A DNA stretch of 64,000 bases, from NCBI GenBank assembly GCA_027459745.1, contig DAIDHL010000002.1, positions 191,310-255,309 of the forward strand, given 5' to 3'. The translations under genes and the position numbers were made by a program. The notes under the pieces were generated by a model. The model was not told the origin of the DNA, ran no database searches, and saw only the letters and a list, made by a program, of their open reading frames with translations. Positions 36,921 through 47,572 of the stretch are shown piece by piece (the stretch's first letter is position 1; every line of letters starts with the position of its first letter). This stretch comes from Candidatus Levyibacteriota bacterium (GTDB lineage Bacteria; Patescibacteriota; Microgenomatia; Levybacterales; UBA12049).

Positions 36921-36949
36921 TTATGATTCATTTATGATTTTTTTATGAT
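36921..36949 (+). promoter_or_regulatory. Three TTATGAT repeats at 11-bp spacing, putative regulator array
   Basis: TTATGAT at 36921, 36932 and 36943. Confidence 0.4.
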
Positions 36950-37000
36950 CTACTTATCTTGTATAGTCGTCGCATTTTTTTGCTATGTGCTATTCAGACT

Positions 37001-37702
37001 ATGCAAGCTGTTGATAGATATGATCAGTATAACATTTGGAGCAACTCATTGGCTTTAGAGGCAGAGAAAATACTGTTTTTACAACGTAAACATTGGTTTG
37101 TGCTCCTGCCGGTACTATTTTCAGTAAGTGTAACGATTATTCTAGGGTTTATTGCATTGGACTATTTAATTTTAGGTTTCTCAGTTGATTTCTTAACTTC
37201 TATCGTGCTGTTGTTATCTCTACTAACTCTATCTTCATCGATATTAATAAAAGCCCTAACAGAATGGTATTTTACGGTCTATATCCTAACTTCACGAAGG
37301 TTGTTAGAAATTTGCTATACTCCCTTAGCTTCTTACGTTCTAAACAATGTACTTTTGGAACAAGTACGGTGTACTGAAATAGATACGGCGACCAATGGAT
37401 GGCTCTATAAATATTTAAACATAGGGGATATCATTATTACATTTGATAGACCTACTCACAGAGATGCTTTTATTCTGCAATCTATTAAGAATTTCCATGT
37501 TCTGAGTCGTCAGTTATGTAGTCTTTTGCTACCAGTACAATCACCACAACAAAATTTATTAAAAGAGAGATCTAATTCTAATTTGCCCGCTAAAGTAATT
37601 TGGTTTAAACAAAAAGATCCTAAAAAAAAGCTTAATTCATTTGAAGAAATCCTGCCTAAGCGAAACATCTTTAATTACCCAGTCATTAAATATGGACTAT
37701 AG
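37001..37702 (+). CDS. PH-domain-like membrane protein
   Basis: E.ILF..RKHW, two TM helices, WY..VYILT.RR, ..GDI.I; ATG at 37001. Confidence 0.7.
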   Translation: MQAVDRYDQYNIWSNSLALEAEKILFLQRKHWFVLLPVLFSVSVTIILGFIALDYLILGFSVDFLTSIVLLLSLLTLSSSILIKALTEWYFTVYILTSRRLLEICYTPLASYVLNNVLLEQVRCTEIDTATNGWLYKYLNIGDIIITFDRPTHRDAFILQSIKNFHVLSRQLCSLLLPVQSPQQNLLKERSNSNLPAKVIWFKQKDPKKKLNSFEEILPKRNIFNYPVIKYGL

Positions 37703-37913
37703 ATATCTAGTAGGAGGGATCTGTCTGGTGTTAAATGTCGTTTTGTATGTTTATAATCGTTTTTATTTTCAAGAGGCGTTAAAAGCCAACCAACAAATTG
37801 GAATACCTTTACATTCGAGGTTAGAAAAGCTACTAAAAATAAATTCTGTGTTTATAAGTGCTGTTTTTATTTTTACCTTTACATATGTACTTTATCTATT
37901 AATTGTACGCTGA
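37692..37913 (+). CDS. Small two-TM membrane protein
   Basis: MDYRYLVGG... 73 aa with two hydrophobic segments; overlaps the upstream stop. Confidence 0.6.
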   Translation: MDYRYLVGGICLVLNVVLYVYNRFYFQEALKANQQIGIPLHSRLEKLLKINSVFISAVFIFTFTYVLYLLIVR

Positions 37914-37928
37914 AAGTATATTTACCTA

Positions 37929-38047
37929 TTGACGTAGAAAAAAAAATATCGTAGAATCTTTTCAGACTCATTAAAAAAGTGAGTTTTATTTTTGGGTAAT
38001 TTAATTATAAATTAACTATTGAATTACTCAAGAATATTTAGTATAAT
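37929..38047 (+). promoter_or_regulatory. Tandem sigma70 promoters for tuf
   Basis: TTGACG-17-TAGAAT (37929-37957) and TTGAAT-17-TATAAT (38019-38047). Confidence 0.7.
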
Positions 38048-38061
38048 AATATTACAAATAT

Positions 38062-39243
38062 ATGGCAGATAAATATACTCGTTCAAAACCACATGTTAAT
38101 ATCGGTACTATTGGTCACGTCGATCATGGTAAGACTACAACTACAGCTGCTATTGCTACCTATCTTGCTAAAAAAGGTATGGCTCAAGCTAAGAAATATG
38201 AAGATATCGATAACGCTCCCGAAGAAAAAGCTCGTGGCGTCACGATTAATATTGCTCATATTGAATATGAGACAGAGAAAAGGCATTATGCTCACATTGA
38301 CGCTCCTGGTCATGCTGATTACATTAAGAACATGATTACAGGTGCAGCTCAAATGGACGGGGCAATTTTAGTTGTATCTGCTCCGGATGGTCCTATGCCA
38401 CAAACTCGTGAACATATCTTGTTAGCTTATCAAGTCGGCGTTCCAGCTATCGTGGTTTACCTTAACAAATGTGATATGGTTCAAGATGAAGAACTTTTGG
38501 ATTTGGTCGAAATGGAAGTACGTGAATTGCTTACTAAATATCATTATCCAGGAGACACTGTGCCAATTATTCGTGGCTCTTCTTTGAAAGCTTTGGAAGG
38601 CGATCCAGCTTATGAAGCTAAAATTCAAGAATTATTAGATGCAGTTGATTCTTATATTCCTACACCAGTTCGTGCTCTAGATAAACCATTCTTGATGCCA
38701 GTTGAAGATGTTTTCTCAATCAAGGGTCGTGGTACAGTGGTTACTGGAAGAATTGAGAGAGGTATTGTTAAAGTTAATGAAACAGTTGAAATTGTGGGTA
38801 TTCGTGATACTAAAAATACTGTTGTCACCGGAGTAGAAATGTTCCGCAAACAATTGGATGAAGGTCAAGCAGGAGATAATGTAGGTTTATTGCTTCGTGG
38901 TATTGAAAAAGCTGATGTAGAGAGAGGTCAGGTGGTTGCCAAACCTGGAAGTATTACTCCTCATACTGATTTTGAAGCTGAAGTTTATATTTTGACTAAA
39001 GAAGAAGGAGGACGTCATACTCCATTCTTCTCAGGTTACCGTCCACAGTTTTATATTAGAACTACTGACGTAACTGGAACAGCTACTTTACCAACTGGTG
39101 TAGAAATGGTTATGCCAGGTGATAATGCTAAAATGACTGTTCAATTGATTGTTCCAGTTGCTTTGGAAGAGGGAATGAGATTTGCTATTCGCGAAGGCGG
39201 TCACACCGTCGGAGCAGGAGTTATTTCCAAAATTATTAAATAA
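38062..39243 (+). CDS. tuf: Elongation factor Tu
   Basis: [34 protein letters not shown]. Confidence 0.99.
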   Translation: MADKYTRSKPHVNIGTIGHVDHGKTTTTAAIATYLAKKGMAQAKKYEDIDNAPEEKARGVTINIAHIEYETEKRHYAHIDAPGHADYIKNMITGAAQMDGAILVVSAPDGPMPQTREHILLAYQVGVPAIVVYLNKCDMVQDEELLDLVEMEVRELLTKYHYPGDTVPIIRGSSLKALEGDPAYEAKIQELLDAVDSYIPTPVRALDKPFLMPVEDVFSIKGRGTVVTGRIERGIVKVNETVEIVGIRDTKNTVVTGVEMFRKQLDEGQAGDNVGLLLRGIEKADVERGQVVAKPGSITPHTDFEAEVYILTKEEGGRHTPFFSGYRPQFYIRTTDVTGTATLPTGVEMVMPGDNAKMTVQLIVPVALEEGMRFAIREGGHTVGAGVISKIIK

Positions 39244-39266
39244 TTTGGAACCATGTACAAACAAAC

Positions 39267-39289
39267 AAATCCCTGAAAGGGATTTTTTT
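39267..39289 (+). terminator. tuf intrinsic terminator
   Basis: AAATCCCT-GAA-AGGGATTT followed by TTTT. Confidence 0.85.
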
Positions 39290-39301
39290 GTGAGATAAAA
39301 C

Positions 39302-39838
39302 TTATTTGCTGAAATAAAGTGTAATAGACGAAGGACCATAATAAGTATTGTCGCTTAATTGGAGTACTTTTTGTAAATCTGTTACAAGTGATGAAGAACC
39401 ATCTGCCATCCTTATAAATCCATTATCAAAGTAAATATATTCACAGTTGTTAGGATTAAAGATGACATGCATAATCAATTGATTTTTTTGATAGAAGTTC
39501 ATGGAATAACGTACGTTTCCATACCCGAGTAAAGAACAGTAATTATTATCAACTATCTCTGCTTGTAATATATCAGAGTACAGCTTTTTTACAGTCGATA
39601 ATTTTGAAATATTTTTTGAAAAATTCGGCAGAGTAGAATTGTCAATATTTACTGACCTGACTCTTAAATAATCAGGTGAAGAAAATGAAGCAAGAAAATT
39701 ATAATAATAGGTCAACCCTAAATCTTTTAATGCTATACCTAATGCTGTTTCATAAAACATTATATATAGAACAAAAAGGAAGATGATTAACAATAAGGAG
39801 AATTTTCTTATAAAAGTAGGTTGTTTTAAACGCTTCAT
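39302..39838 (-). CDS. Hypothetical membrane-anchored protein
   Basis: N-terminal TM, soluble domain with two Cys. Confidence 0.6.
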   Translation of the reverse strand: MKRLKQPTFIRKFSLLLIIFLFVLYIMFYETALGIALKDLGLTYYYNFLASFSSPDYLRVRSVNIDNSTLPNFSKNISKLSTVKKLYSDILQAEIVDNNYCSLLGYGNVRYSMNFYQKNQLIMHVIFNPNNCEYIYFDNGFIRMADGSSSLVTDLQKVLQLSDNTYYGPSSITLYFSK

Positions 39839-39869
39839 GATCCAGTTATTTGTCTTGGTTTAACTTCCT

Positions 39870-40283
39870 TCAGGTAAAATACTCAATAAAATACAATATG
39901 ATTCCCGATAATACGGATATTGACCAGAAAATTAGAAAGATTGTTGTAATATTCTTGTGTAATTTAAAATAATTAACTTCTTTTTTATAATTTCTCCAGG
40001 CTAAAAGCATAAATATTATCAATGAAACAAACATTAAGAGTGATAAGATTCCATGAAATGCAGCCAGAACCACGTGCCAAGGAATTTCTATTTTCTCAGT
40101 ATTTGCTTTTACACGTGTTGCCATATAAGAAATATTAAAAATGATTTCATACAGTAAAGCGAAAGCAGCCAGTTTAGTAGGGAATTTATGGTATTTATAA
40201 CTGCGGTAGAAAGTATAGAAGATGATACAGGAAATGATAATTTCGGCAACTAAGGTAATGGTGCTGTAGAGAGGAATATGCAT
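39870..40283 (-). CDS. Four-TM membrane protein (DUF420-like)
   Basis: Four hydrophobic helices with His residues (HGILS, LHK); ATG 40283 preferred. Confidence 0.65.
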   Translation of the reverse strand: MHIPLYSTITLVAEIIISCIIFYTFYRSYKYHKFPTKLAAFALLYEIIFNISYMATRVKANTEKIEIPWHVVLAAFHGILSLLMFVSLIIFMLLAWRNYKKEVNYFKLHKNITTIFLIFWSISVLSGIILYFIEYFT

Positions 40284-40382
40284 ATAAAACAATAATATCA
40301 GGATATTTATTTATATGCCACTTCAAAATTTTAATAGTCTTATAGTTTGTAAATTTAATCGTTTTATGTTAAACTTGACCAT

Positions 40383-41183
40383 ATGGCAATACCAGAAAGT
40401 AGGCATGGAATACACTCAAAAATAATAGGTGGTATTAAAGTAGTGGCTGAGACAGACTTGCCTTATAATATACACATTTCGGCAGCTAATTTATCAGAAA
40501 TGTATACAATGGTTGGTTTATCCCCGACCGAAATTACAAGTCAAGTGTTATCGCTAAAAAGAAAGCATATTTTCACTAATGGAGAAACGCATGATCTGGC
40601 TGGTGAATCTCATCCTAGCAAACCAATTGTGACTTTATATACTGACTGGGCTTGGGAAGAACGTCAAGCTGATATAAAAGAAATTAGAGGTCATATTGAG
40701 GCCAATATGCAAAATAAACAAATCAGGAAGGTACCTAATTTATCTTCATTTTACTCTCCTCGCAGAGTAGAAGCGTATTTAAATACCGCACCTCCAGAAA
40801 GAGCGATAAAATTCATGGAAAAATTGATCAATAAGATTTGGGATAATAATTTGAATTCAGCTCTGATACACGAATTAAAACACCAGGCTGATACAAGAAA
40901 ATCTATGAGTAAAATAGCTGCATTATTAAGTCTATATGGCGGAGATATCGTTGCACTTTTAATAGGGGTTAGAACGGGTATATGGAGTCAGAAGAACTTG
41001 CCTCGACTAGGAGGTTTATATACGCCTGGTTTAGATGTTTTTTTGACTTCCATGACTATACTACAACCACTATTGAGTAGATTGTCTACTGTGGCAAATG
41101 TTTTTGAAGATAGAGCTTTGGCTACACAAAGACGTTTAAACAGGAATTTACCTAATGCTATCTCTTTGGTAGATAAGATTTAG
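40383..41183 (+). CDS. Hypothetical protein with HExxH motif (putative zinc metallopeptidase)
   Basis: ALIHELKHQAD and a later FEDRA; promoter TTGTAA-17-TAAACT. Confidence 0.55.
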   Translation: MAIPESRHGIHSKIIGGIKVVAETDLPYNIHISAANLSEMYTMVGLSPTEITSQVLSLKRKHIFTNGETHDLAGESHPSKPIVTLYTDWAWEERQADIKEIRGHIEANMQNKQIRKVPNLSSFYSPRRVEAYLNTAPPERAIKFMEKLINKIWDNNLNSALIHELKHQADTRKSMSKIAALLSLYGGDIVALLIGVRTGIWSQKNLPRLGGLYTPGLDVFLTSMTILQPLLSRLSTVANVFEDRALATQRRLNRNLPNAISLVDKI

Positions 41184-41199
41184 ATGTGTAATGACTTAT

Positions 41200-43893
41200 T
41201 TAATTTCCACTAACTGTAACATTTAGACTATTAGTGCTGGTTGAGCTACTGTTAGTTGAATTGCTATTGTTAGTTGAATTGCTATTAGAAGTTGAACTTG
41301 TGGTTGAATTATTAGTTGTAGCATTAGTGTTGCTAGAGCTTGTGTTAGTCGATGCATTAGTTCCAATACTGCCATTGCTTTGCGAGTTAGAATTAAGGGT
41401 ATTTGATTGTGAATTTGAACTATTTTGAGAACTGACAATACAGCAGTAATCCGGGTGACTAGCGTTATTTTCCGTGGGACAGTCAACATAGGGATCAGAA
41501 CTAGCTAGCTGATGGCCACTTGGACAGGAATTCCTTGCCCAGCTATAGCATTTACCCCCATATTGTTGAGCACAAAGTTGTCCGTTTGTAGGGGGAGGTG
41601 TCGTTGTTGGAGTAGCTACAAGACAACAACGTGAACCATTGGCTGCACATTGTGCTCCACAAGCATAAGCGTTATTCGCGTAAGGATTATGACAAGCGGT
41701 TCCATCGGTACACGTAGCATAAGCACAACCAAAAGATGTACCTAAATTTTGACATGTTTGACCATTATTACATAACCCGTTAGGATTACTATTACTACAG
41801 TCCGTTGAAGTAGGGTAACTTGCAGTTGCTTGGCTTGAATTAATTATTTGGATTGTCGTTGCCTCAGTGGGGATTGGAATAAGCGTTGGAGATGGAGTCG
41901 GAGTAGGTGTAGTAGATGAAGAAGGAGAATTGGGTGATAAAACTATAGTTGGGATAGGGGTTAAGGTCTGATTATTTCCAATATTATTGTTATTATTATT
42001 AGAGGATGTTTGTACTGATGAGGAAGTAGTTGAATTAGTGTTACTTACCGAATTACCAGCATAGGAAGGAGATTGTATGGCTACTGCAGCGTGATTGACT
42101 GAGGAAGTTAGGTTGGTGGTACTGGCGATATAACTTTGATTGTTTGGTAGATCTGTTTTGGTCGAATTAAGAAGGTTTTTTGTATCATCAGCAGTCTGCT
42201 TAAAACTAAGAATAAGAGGAATAATATATACTGATGACTGTTTTTCAGCTACAAATTGATTGATGGTATTTTTGTCGATATTCATTTGAGAAATATAGAA
42301 GTTTACGGCTTCTGGTACAGACAAACCAGTTACACTCGTAACCACACTTTGCAAAGACGAAGCGTTCAGAGGAAGAATATTACTAATAACAGCTGCAATA
42401 GCTGGAGTCGATGTATCATTTATTTTTAATTGGTCAGGCACTAATATTAACGATGATAAGAATTGTTTTTTAAGTTGCGTATTTGTAGTGTTTGAATTAG
42501 GTAAATTACCGATTAAAGAGGAATTATTTGTTACATCTTTCATGTAAAGCTGCATTAAATCTTCAGTCTGCTGTACAGTTTGACTGGTTTGCGGAACTAA
42601 TAAAGTATTATGTACAATATTAGCCAAATTATGTATGTCGTTAACAGTAAAAGTACTTGCAATGGGAATATTATATTGAGCTAACCTACTAATTCCTTGA
42701 GTTGAGGTGTCATGAGAGGTGAGCAGGCTTGCTTCCATTGGTTGCAAAATCTCTAAAGCTTGTTGAGGTATGGGAGATTTATTTTTAAATATGCTTGATA
42801 TTTCTCCTGTGACGTCGTCTGACAGAAGCTTTTGTTGGGTATTGGCTCTTGTTATATTTTCTGCTAATAATTGGGTATCATTTATTTTATTTATCTCCGA
42901 TTGAACTTGTTGTTGAAGTAATGAATAATCAGAAAGTGCGGTTGGGATGTTTGCTAAGATATTTTGCGAAATAGGAAGAGAATAAGGTAGCGTTGGAAAG
43001 GTATAAAGAGCATCTGAAGGGTTACTAGAATTATTGAGAGCTAGTGGTATCACCTGATACGCAGAACTAGAAGCATCAGAGGGTTGTGTAGTATTTAGGT
43101 TAAGTGAGGTATCAGTATAGTTTCCTAGACATTGATTAGCCATTTGCGCCACTCTTTTGGAACTATCTAAATCGATATTTAGTAAAAGATAGTCATGATT
43201 TACGAGATCGGTATTGTTTGTATTTATCTCATTATTTAGATCGTTTACCCTCGCTTGAATGTTTGCGTAAACTATTTTAAGTTGGGATATTTTATCTGCT
43301 AAACAATATGTTGTGGTTAAATCTTTATTCTTTTGGGCTTCTAATAAATTGTTCTGAATAGCCAATTGCTGTAACTGGGTGAAAGTCTCATATTCGTCTG
43401 CCTTTTGTTGTAATTGAGTTGTCATTGCCGAACTAGAGCTATTAAGATAGTTTGTTTGTGCGTAGGCTTGAAAGACAGAGCCTATTATGTTAGGAGAATT
43501 AGTCTCGGATTGTTCGGATAGAAGTAATAACCTATGCACTTCTGCTATGCGTTCATTGGACAAATGCATATTGAAGCTAATTTTATCGGTGTTATCAGAG
43601 AATAACAATACAAAATTATCTTCAATGAATATCTTTATTGGATAAAGCGGGTTGTTCGGCAAAATACCAGGGCTCAGAAGAGTTTGGTTGAGTGTGTCAT
43701 TGCGATGAATATAAGTTAGCGCGAAAATACTACAAACAAACACTATGCAAGGTATAAGCAAAGCAGATAATATAAAGAGAAAAACTTTTAGTTGTCTGGG
43801 AGTAATGAAATAATTGTAATCCACAGAAGGTAAAATAGCTTTTACTTTCTGCTCTGATTGTGGATCTGGTTGTTTATTATCAGTTGGCTCCAT
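41200..43893 (-). CDS. Large surface protein: TM, DUF5667-like domain, Cys-rich modules, S/T/N tail
   Basis: PGILPNNPLYPIK..IE...L.....K....L...RI.E; many Cys in the C-terminal modules; low-complexity tail. Confidence 0.75.
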   Translation of the reverse strand: MEPTDNKQPDPQSEQKVKAILPSVDYNYFITPRQLKVFLFILSALLIPCIVFVCSIFALTYIHRNDTLNQTLLSPGILPNNPLYPIKIFIEDNFVLLFSDNTDKISFNMHLSNERIAEVHRLLLLSEQSETNSPNIIGSVFQAYAQTNYLNSSSSAMTTQLQQKADEYETFTQLQQLAIQNNLLEAQKNKDLTTTYCLADKISQLKIVYANIQARVNDLNNEINTNNTDLVNHDYLLLNIDLDSSKRVAQMANQCLGNYTDTSLNLNTTQPSDASSSAYQVIPLALNNSSNPSDALYTFPTLPYSLPISQNILANIPTALSDYSLLQQQVQSEINKINDTQLLAENITRANTQQKLLSDDVTGEISSIFKNKSPIPQQALEILQPMEASLLTSHDTSTQGISRLAQYNIPIASTFTVNDIHNLANIVHNTLLVPQTSQTVQQTEDLMQLYMKDVTNNSSLIGNLPNSNTTNTQLKKQFLSSLILVPDQLKINDTSTPAIAAVISNILPLNASSLQSVVTSVTGLSVPEAVNFYISQMNIDKNTINQFVAEKQSSVYIIPLILSFKQTADDTKNLLNSTKTDLPNNQSYIASTTNLTSSVNHAAVAIQSPSYAGNSVSNTNSTTSSSVQTSSNNNNNNIGNNQTLTPIPTIVLSPNSPSSSTTPTPTPSPTLIPIPTEATTIQIINSSQATASYPTSTDCSNSNPNGLCNNGQTCQNLGTSFGCAYATCTDGTACHNPYANNAYACGAQCAANGSRCCLVATPTTTPPPTNGQLCAQQYGGKCYSWARNSCPSGHQLASSDPYVDCPTENNASHPDYCCIVSSQNSSNSQSNTLNSNSQSNGSIGTNASTNTSSSNTNATTNNSTTSSTSNSNSTNNSNSTNSSSTSTNSLNVTVSGN

Positions 43894-43989
43894 ATACTAA
43901 TCATGCAGAACTCATGGTTATATTGTCAATGATATATTAAGAAAAGTTTCGTTTGAGATGATTAAATGATGTAAAATACAGCTAGAATT

Positions 43990-45306
43990 ATGGAAACTAA
44001 TGGACCAGTTCCAGCTGATATCTTAAACAAGAATAGTCTGTATTTAGAGTCTTTGCGTAAACAGGGCATTCAGATGACTGAATTAAGAGCGCAAGATAGT
44101 CCATTTAATGCCGTGGTGTTTAATAATGAGCAATTAGTTAATACTATTGGCCTCGAGTCTAAATCTTCAGAGATGGTAGTACAACAGCCCAAAAGTAACA
44201 TGCTAATGTTATACGCTGTACAGGGTGAAGCAGGTCTAGCTCAGATTGGTGGTTCATTTGCAATAGAACTAAAAAGCAAAGTAAATAATGTTGTTAATCT
44301 TAATGCACCTATCTCTCCCACTGCACTTGAATCAGCAGTCTATAATGCTGATTTGCAAAAGCAGGCTAGGCAAATGGCAGAATTATATATTCACGCTATT
44401 CCTGAGTCACAACGACACCAACCAATCAAGATTGTGGGACACTCGATGGGTGGTACATCTGCTCCCTTAGTCGCCAAGGAATTAATAAGTATGGGCTATA
44501 ACGTCAGTGATATCGTAATGATTGCTCCTCCTGGCATGGTAGAACGATCGGGAGTACAGATGTTAAACGATTTCACTAAATTGGGCAGTAAAGAAAATCT
44601 ACGTCCTGATGTACCCAATATTTATCCTAGTCCAGCTGATATTGCCAGTTTTAAGGAGCGTTATAAAGAGCTGTCAGAAAAAAAGAAACTTACCTCAGAA
44701 GAAAGAGAAGAAAAGGCTATGTACGAATTGGCTATCTCGCGCCAAGTTGATCCAGATAAATTAACTCTTAGCAATATGACACGTGCAGAACGTGATGCGG
44801 TAATTAAAATTGATGTAGAAATGTTATCTTTGCTAGAAGCCACAGATGATATTTCCCAAAAGCGCCTGAAAAAATTACAAGAACAAAGATTTAATATTCT
44901 AAAAAATAATACTTGGAAGGTTATTCCGGGAAAAGTTAATAATCAACCAAGTCAACGCAGTTTGGCGGGTGGGGAAAAATTGTACCTGACGGGTAATTTA
45001 GTGCGCAGTCTTGGCGGATTTAAACGTACAGTAACAGATTTGGCTAGTGAAATAACCGTGGGTAATACGCAGGATTTGATTGATTTCAATAATACGCTGC
45101 CTGATCATAAATTAAGAATTACCCTTATTGCTGGGAAAGATGATCCTATTGCTGGTCAGTATGAAGTTGGACACGTGAAGCACATAAAAGTTGGACCTAA
45201 TACTAGCTATGGAGAAATACAAATGCCGGAGTTTAGTCATTACTCTTTATCAGTTGATCCTGTTCGGGTCGCTCAAGCTGTAGGCAGAATAATTGAAGCT
45301 GCATAA
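43990..45306 (+). CDS. Alpha/beta-fold hydrolase
   Basis: Nucleophile elbow GHSMGG; candidate acid in GKDDP and His in FSHY. Confidence 0.75.
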   Translation: METNGPVPADILNKNSLYLESLRKQGIQMTELRAQDSPFNAVVFNNEQLVNTIGLESKSSEMVVQQPKSNMLMLYAVQGEAGLAQIGGSFAIELKSKVNNVVNLNAPISPTALESAVYNADLQKQARQMAELYIHAIPESQRHQPIKIVGHSMGGTSAPLVAKELISMGYNVSDIVMIAPPGMVERSGVQMLNDFTKLGSKENLRPDVPNIYPSPADIASFKERYKELSEKKKLTSEEREEKAMYELAISRQVDPDKLTLSNMTRAERDAVIKIDVEMLSLLEATDDISQKRLKKLQEQRFNILKNNTWKVIPGKVNNQPSQRSLAGGEKLYLTGNLVRSLGGFKRTVTDLASEITVGNTQDLIDFNNTLPDHKLRITLIAGKDDPIAGQYEVGHVKHIKVGPNTSYGEIQMPEFSHYSLSVDPVRVAQAVGRIIEAA

Positions 45307-45310
45307 TCAT

Positions 45311-46294
45311 TTACCATCGGTGGTGGACCGTGGGTTTAATTTTTTCTTCATAGATATCTTGGATATGTTGCATATCGGTGCGTGGTAAAGGTGGTAGGTC
45401 GCTAGTGCCTGCATTTTCGCTCACCTGAGTTGAGGATTTTCCACCAGCAATCACAGTTGAGACTTCTTTGTGCATAAGAATCCACTTCAAAGCTATCTGA
45501 GCCAAGCTAAATTTAGGTGGCAGCATGGTTTTTAATTCATCCACTGCCTTTAAACCGGTAGCAAAATCTACCCCGGCAAAAGTTTCTCCCACATCAAATG
45601 CCTCGCCATGACGGTTAAATTGGCGATGATCTGTACTGGCAAATTTAGTTTGTTTAGTCATCTTGCCTGTTAATAAACCGCTAGCCAAAGGAACTCTGAC
45701 AATAATGCCAATATTTTTTTTGGCAGCTTGTTTGAAAAAAAGCTCTTTTGGTCGTTGACGTAAAATATTGAAGATGATTTGTATCGTAGACAGATTGGGA
45801 TATTCTATGGCTTTGAGAGCTTCTTCCACTTTTTCCACACTGACTCCATAATGTCGGATCATTTTCTTCTCGACCATTTCATCCAGCGCAGTAAAAATTT
45901 CTGGACGATAATAAACTTCAGTAGGAGGACAATGGAGTTGTAATAAGTCTAAAGTGTCGACCTGTAGGTTCTTCAAACTTCTCTGAACAAATTTAAATAG
46001 ATTATCTCTATTATATCCTTCACTAATATGAGGGTTTAATCTTCTTCCAGCTTTGGTAGCAACATAAAATTTAGCTTTCGAGTTTTGTCTGAATTTACTT
46101 ATTAGTTTTTCACTTCGTCCATCTCCATAGACATCAGCCGTGTCGATAAAGTTGATCTTGTTTTCCTCGACCGCTTTGAGAGTTTCCAAAGCTTGTTCTT
46201 CCGACACATCTCCCCAATCAGCGCCCAACGACCAGGAGCCATAGCCAATCTCTGAAACTTTAAAGCCAGTTTTACCCAATGTGCGAAATTTCAT
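45311..46294 (-). CDS. Aldo/keto reductase
   Basis: LGKTG..VS.IG.G, DTADVYG.GRSE, ATK, SL..L..D.LDL.QLH, PLASGLL. Confidence 0.95.
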   Translation of the reverse strand: MKFRTLGKTGFKVSEIGYGSWSLGADWGDVSEEQALETLKAVEENKINFIDTADVYGDGRSEKLISKFRQNSKAKFYVATKAGRRLNPHISEGYNRDNLFKFVQRSLKNLQVDTLDLLQLHCPPTEVYYRPEIFTALDEMVEKKMIRHYGVSVEKVEEALKAIEYPNLSTIQIIFNILRQRPKELFFKQAAKKNIGIIVRVPLASGLLTGKMTKQTKFASTDHRQFNRHGEAFDVGETFAGVDFATGLKAVDELKTMLPPKFSLAQIALKWILMHKEVSTVIAGGKSSTQVSENAGTSDLPPLPRTDMQHIQDIYEEKIKPTVHHRW

Positions 46295-46356
46295 AAATAT
46301 TTTTTTGTCAGTACAAGGCCTACTTTAGAGAAACTAAGCAATAAATTTAATTTTAA

Positions 46357-46400
46357 CCTGAACTTGATAATGCACAGATTCTGGACAAGCCAGAATCAGG
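46357..46400. repeat. GTCAT..ATGAC-family palindromic element remnant
   Basis: CCTGAACTTGA ... GATTCTGG-ACAAG-CCAGAATC (perfect 8-bp stem); near-identical arm at 56679-56703. Confidence 0.6.
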
Positions 46401-46466
46401 TTATTATATACCCCATCTATAAGAAGCGTGTAAGAAGCTAATATAAGATGTATAATTTTTTATATT

Positions 46467-47552
46467 ATGAGTGAATCTAATAGTGAGTTTGTTTCAGTTT
46501 TTACTCCTGAGGGGAGAGAGACGCTGAAAGGTCAGTCACGCAAGAGCATTTTTAAGCAAGTCGCAGGTCTATGGGAAAATCGAAGTTTTGGAAGTGCAGT
46601 CTGGGATCTATATGTAAAAAAATTTAACAGAGAAGAACTTTCAGCTGCTGAGCAGGACATGGTAGAGATTCTCTATGGGACTGAGGCTAGACCATTGGGA
46701 AGTAAAATAGAATTTCCTCATTTAATGAAAGAGCTTGGTTATACTGCTCCAGAAAGTTTGTTGGTAAAAGCAAACACACCGCCTGAAGATAGAATGGAGA
46801 AGGTAAAAGAATATTTTTCTGCTAAGGGGATTGAAAAAATGTTTTGTAAACCCTTAAATAGCGCTCGTCAACGTAATCTTAGAGGTCTTAAAGAGGATTT
46901 ATTACTCGATTCAGAACAATTTAAACAGAATATAGATAACATTACCGAAGATACCGTAGTTCAAGAAAAAATGTCGATTAATGGGAATATCAGATATATT
47001 CGTTATCGAGATACACAAGGCAGAATTTATGTAGCAGCTTTTGATTATAAAGAGTTAGGGGTGGATCAAGAAGAAAAATGGGATGGTAAAAGACTTAGGC
47101 GAAGAGTACAAATACCTTTTGCTAGCAAAAAAGATAATAAAAAGTCTGCCTCAGGAGAGGGAAGATTAGCCATGGGAGAAAGCATGATCAATACCTGGGC
47201 TTTGCCTCTAGCAAATAATGATATGGAATTAGGTAATCTAAATCGCTTTATATCAGAAGCAACTACTGATTTGGAGGATAAATTAGGTGTAAAACTGCCT
47301 TTCTTTTCATGTGATATTGGTGTTAAAGATCCCAAAGCCTTAGGCGGTGAATATGATGTACCAAGGTTGAAAGAAAATGTGGTCTTTATCGAAACACAAG
47401 GTTTCCCCAATCCATGGGGAGGATATCGATGGGCTGATCGTAAGGCATTAAGAGATTATATGCGGATTTGGAATCTCTATTTAAGAGAACATGGAGACGA
47501 GATTCTCCCTAGGGCGCGAGCTATGTTACAAAAAGGTAATCAAGCAGCCTGA
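46467..47552 (+). CDS. Hypothetical protein, possible divergent ATP-grasp fold
   Basis: SK......LGY..PES, F.KP, VVQE, .R, S.D.G, FIE.Q..P appear in the order expected for RimK-like ATP-grasp motifs. Confidence 0.5.
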   Translation: MSESNSEFVSVFTPEGRETLKGQSRKSIFKQVAGLWENRSFGSAVWDLYVKKFNREELSAAEQDMVEILYGTEARPLGSKIEFPHLMKELGYTAPESLLVKANTPPEDRMEKVKEYFSAKGIEKMFCKPLNSARQRNLRGLKEDLLLDSEQFKQNIDNITEDTVVQEKMSINGNIRYIRYRDTQGRIYVAAFDYKELGVDQEEKWDGKRLRRRVQIPFASKKDNKKSASGEGRLAMGESMINTWALPLANNDMELGNLNRFISEATTDLEDKLGVKLPFFSCDIGVKDPKALGGEYDVPRLKENVVFIETQGFPNPWGGYRWADRKALRDYMRIWNLYLREHGDEILPRARAMLQKGNQAA

Positions 47553-47572
47553 GTAGATTGAAACAGCAGATT

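Noticed and set aside
41220-41420. Repeats such as TGTTAGTTGAATTGCTAT
   Set aside because: They encode the S/T/N low-complexity tail; there are no unique spacers, so this is not CRISPR
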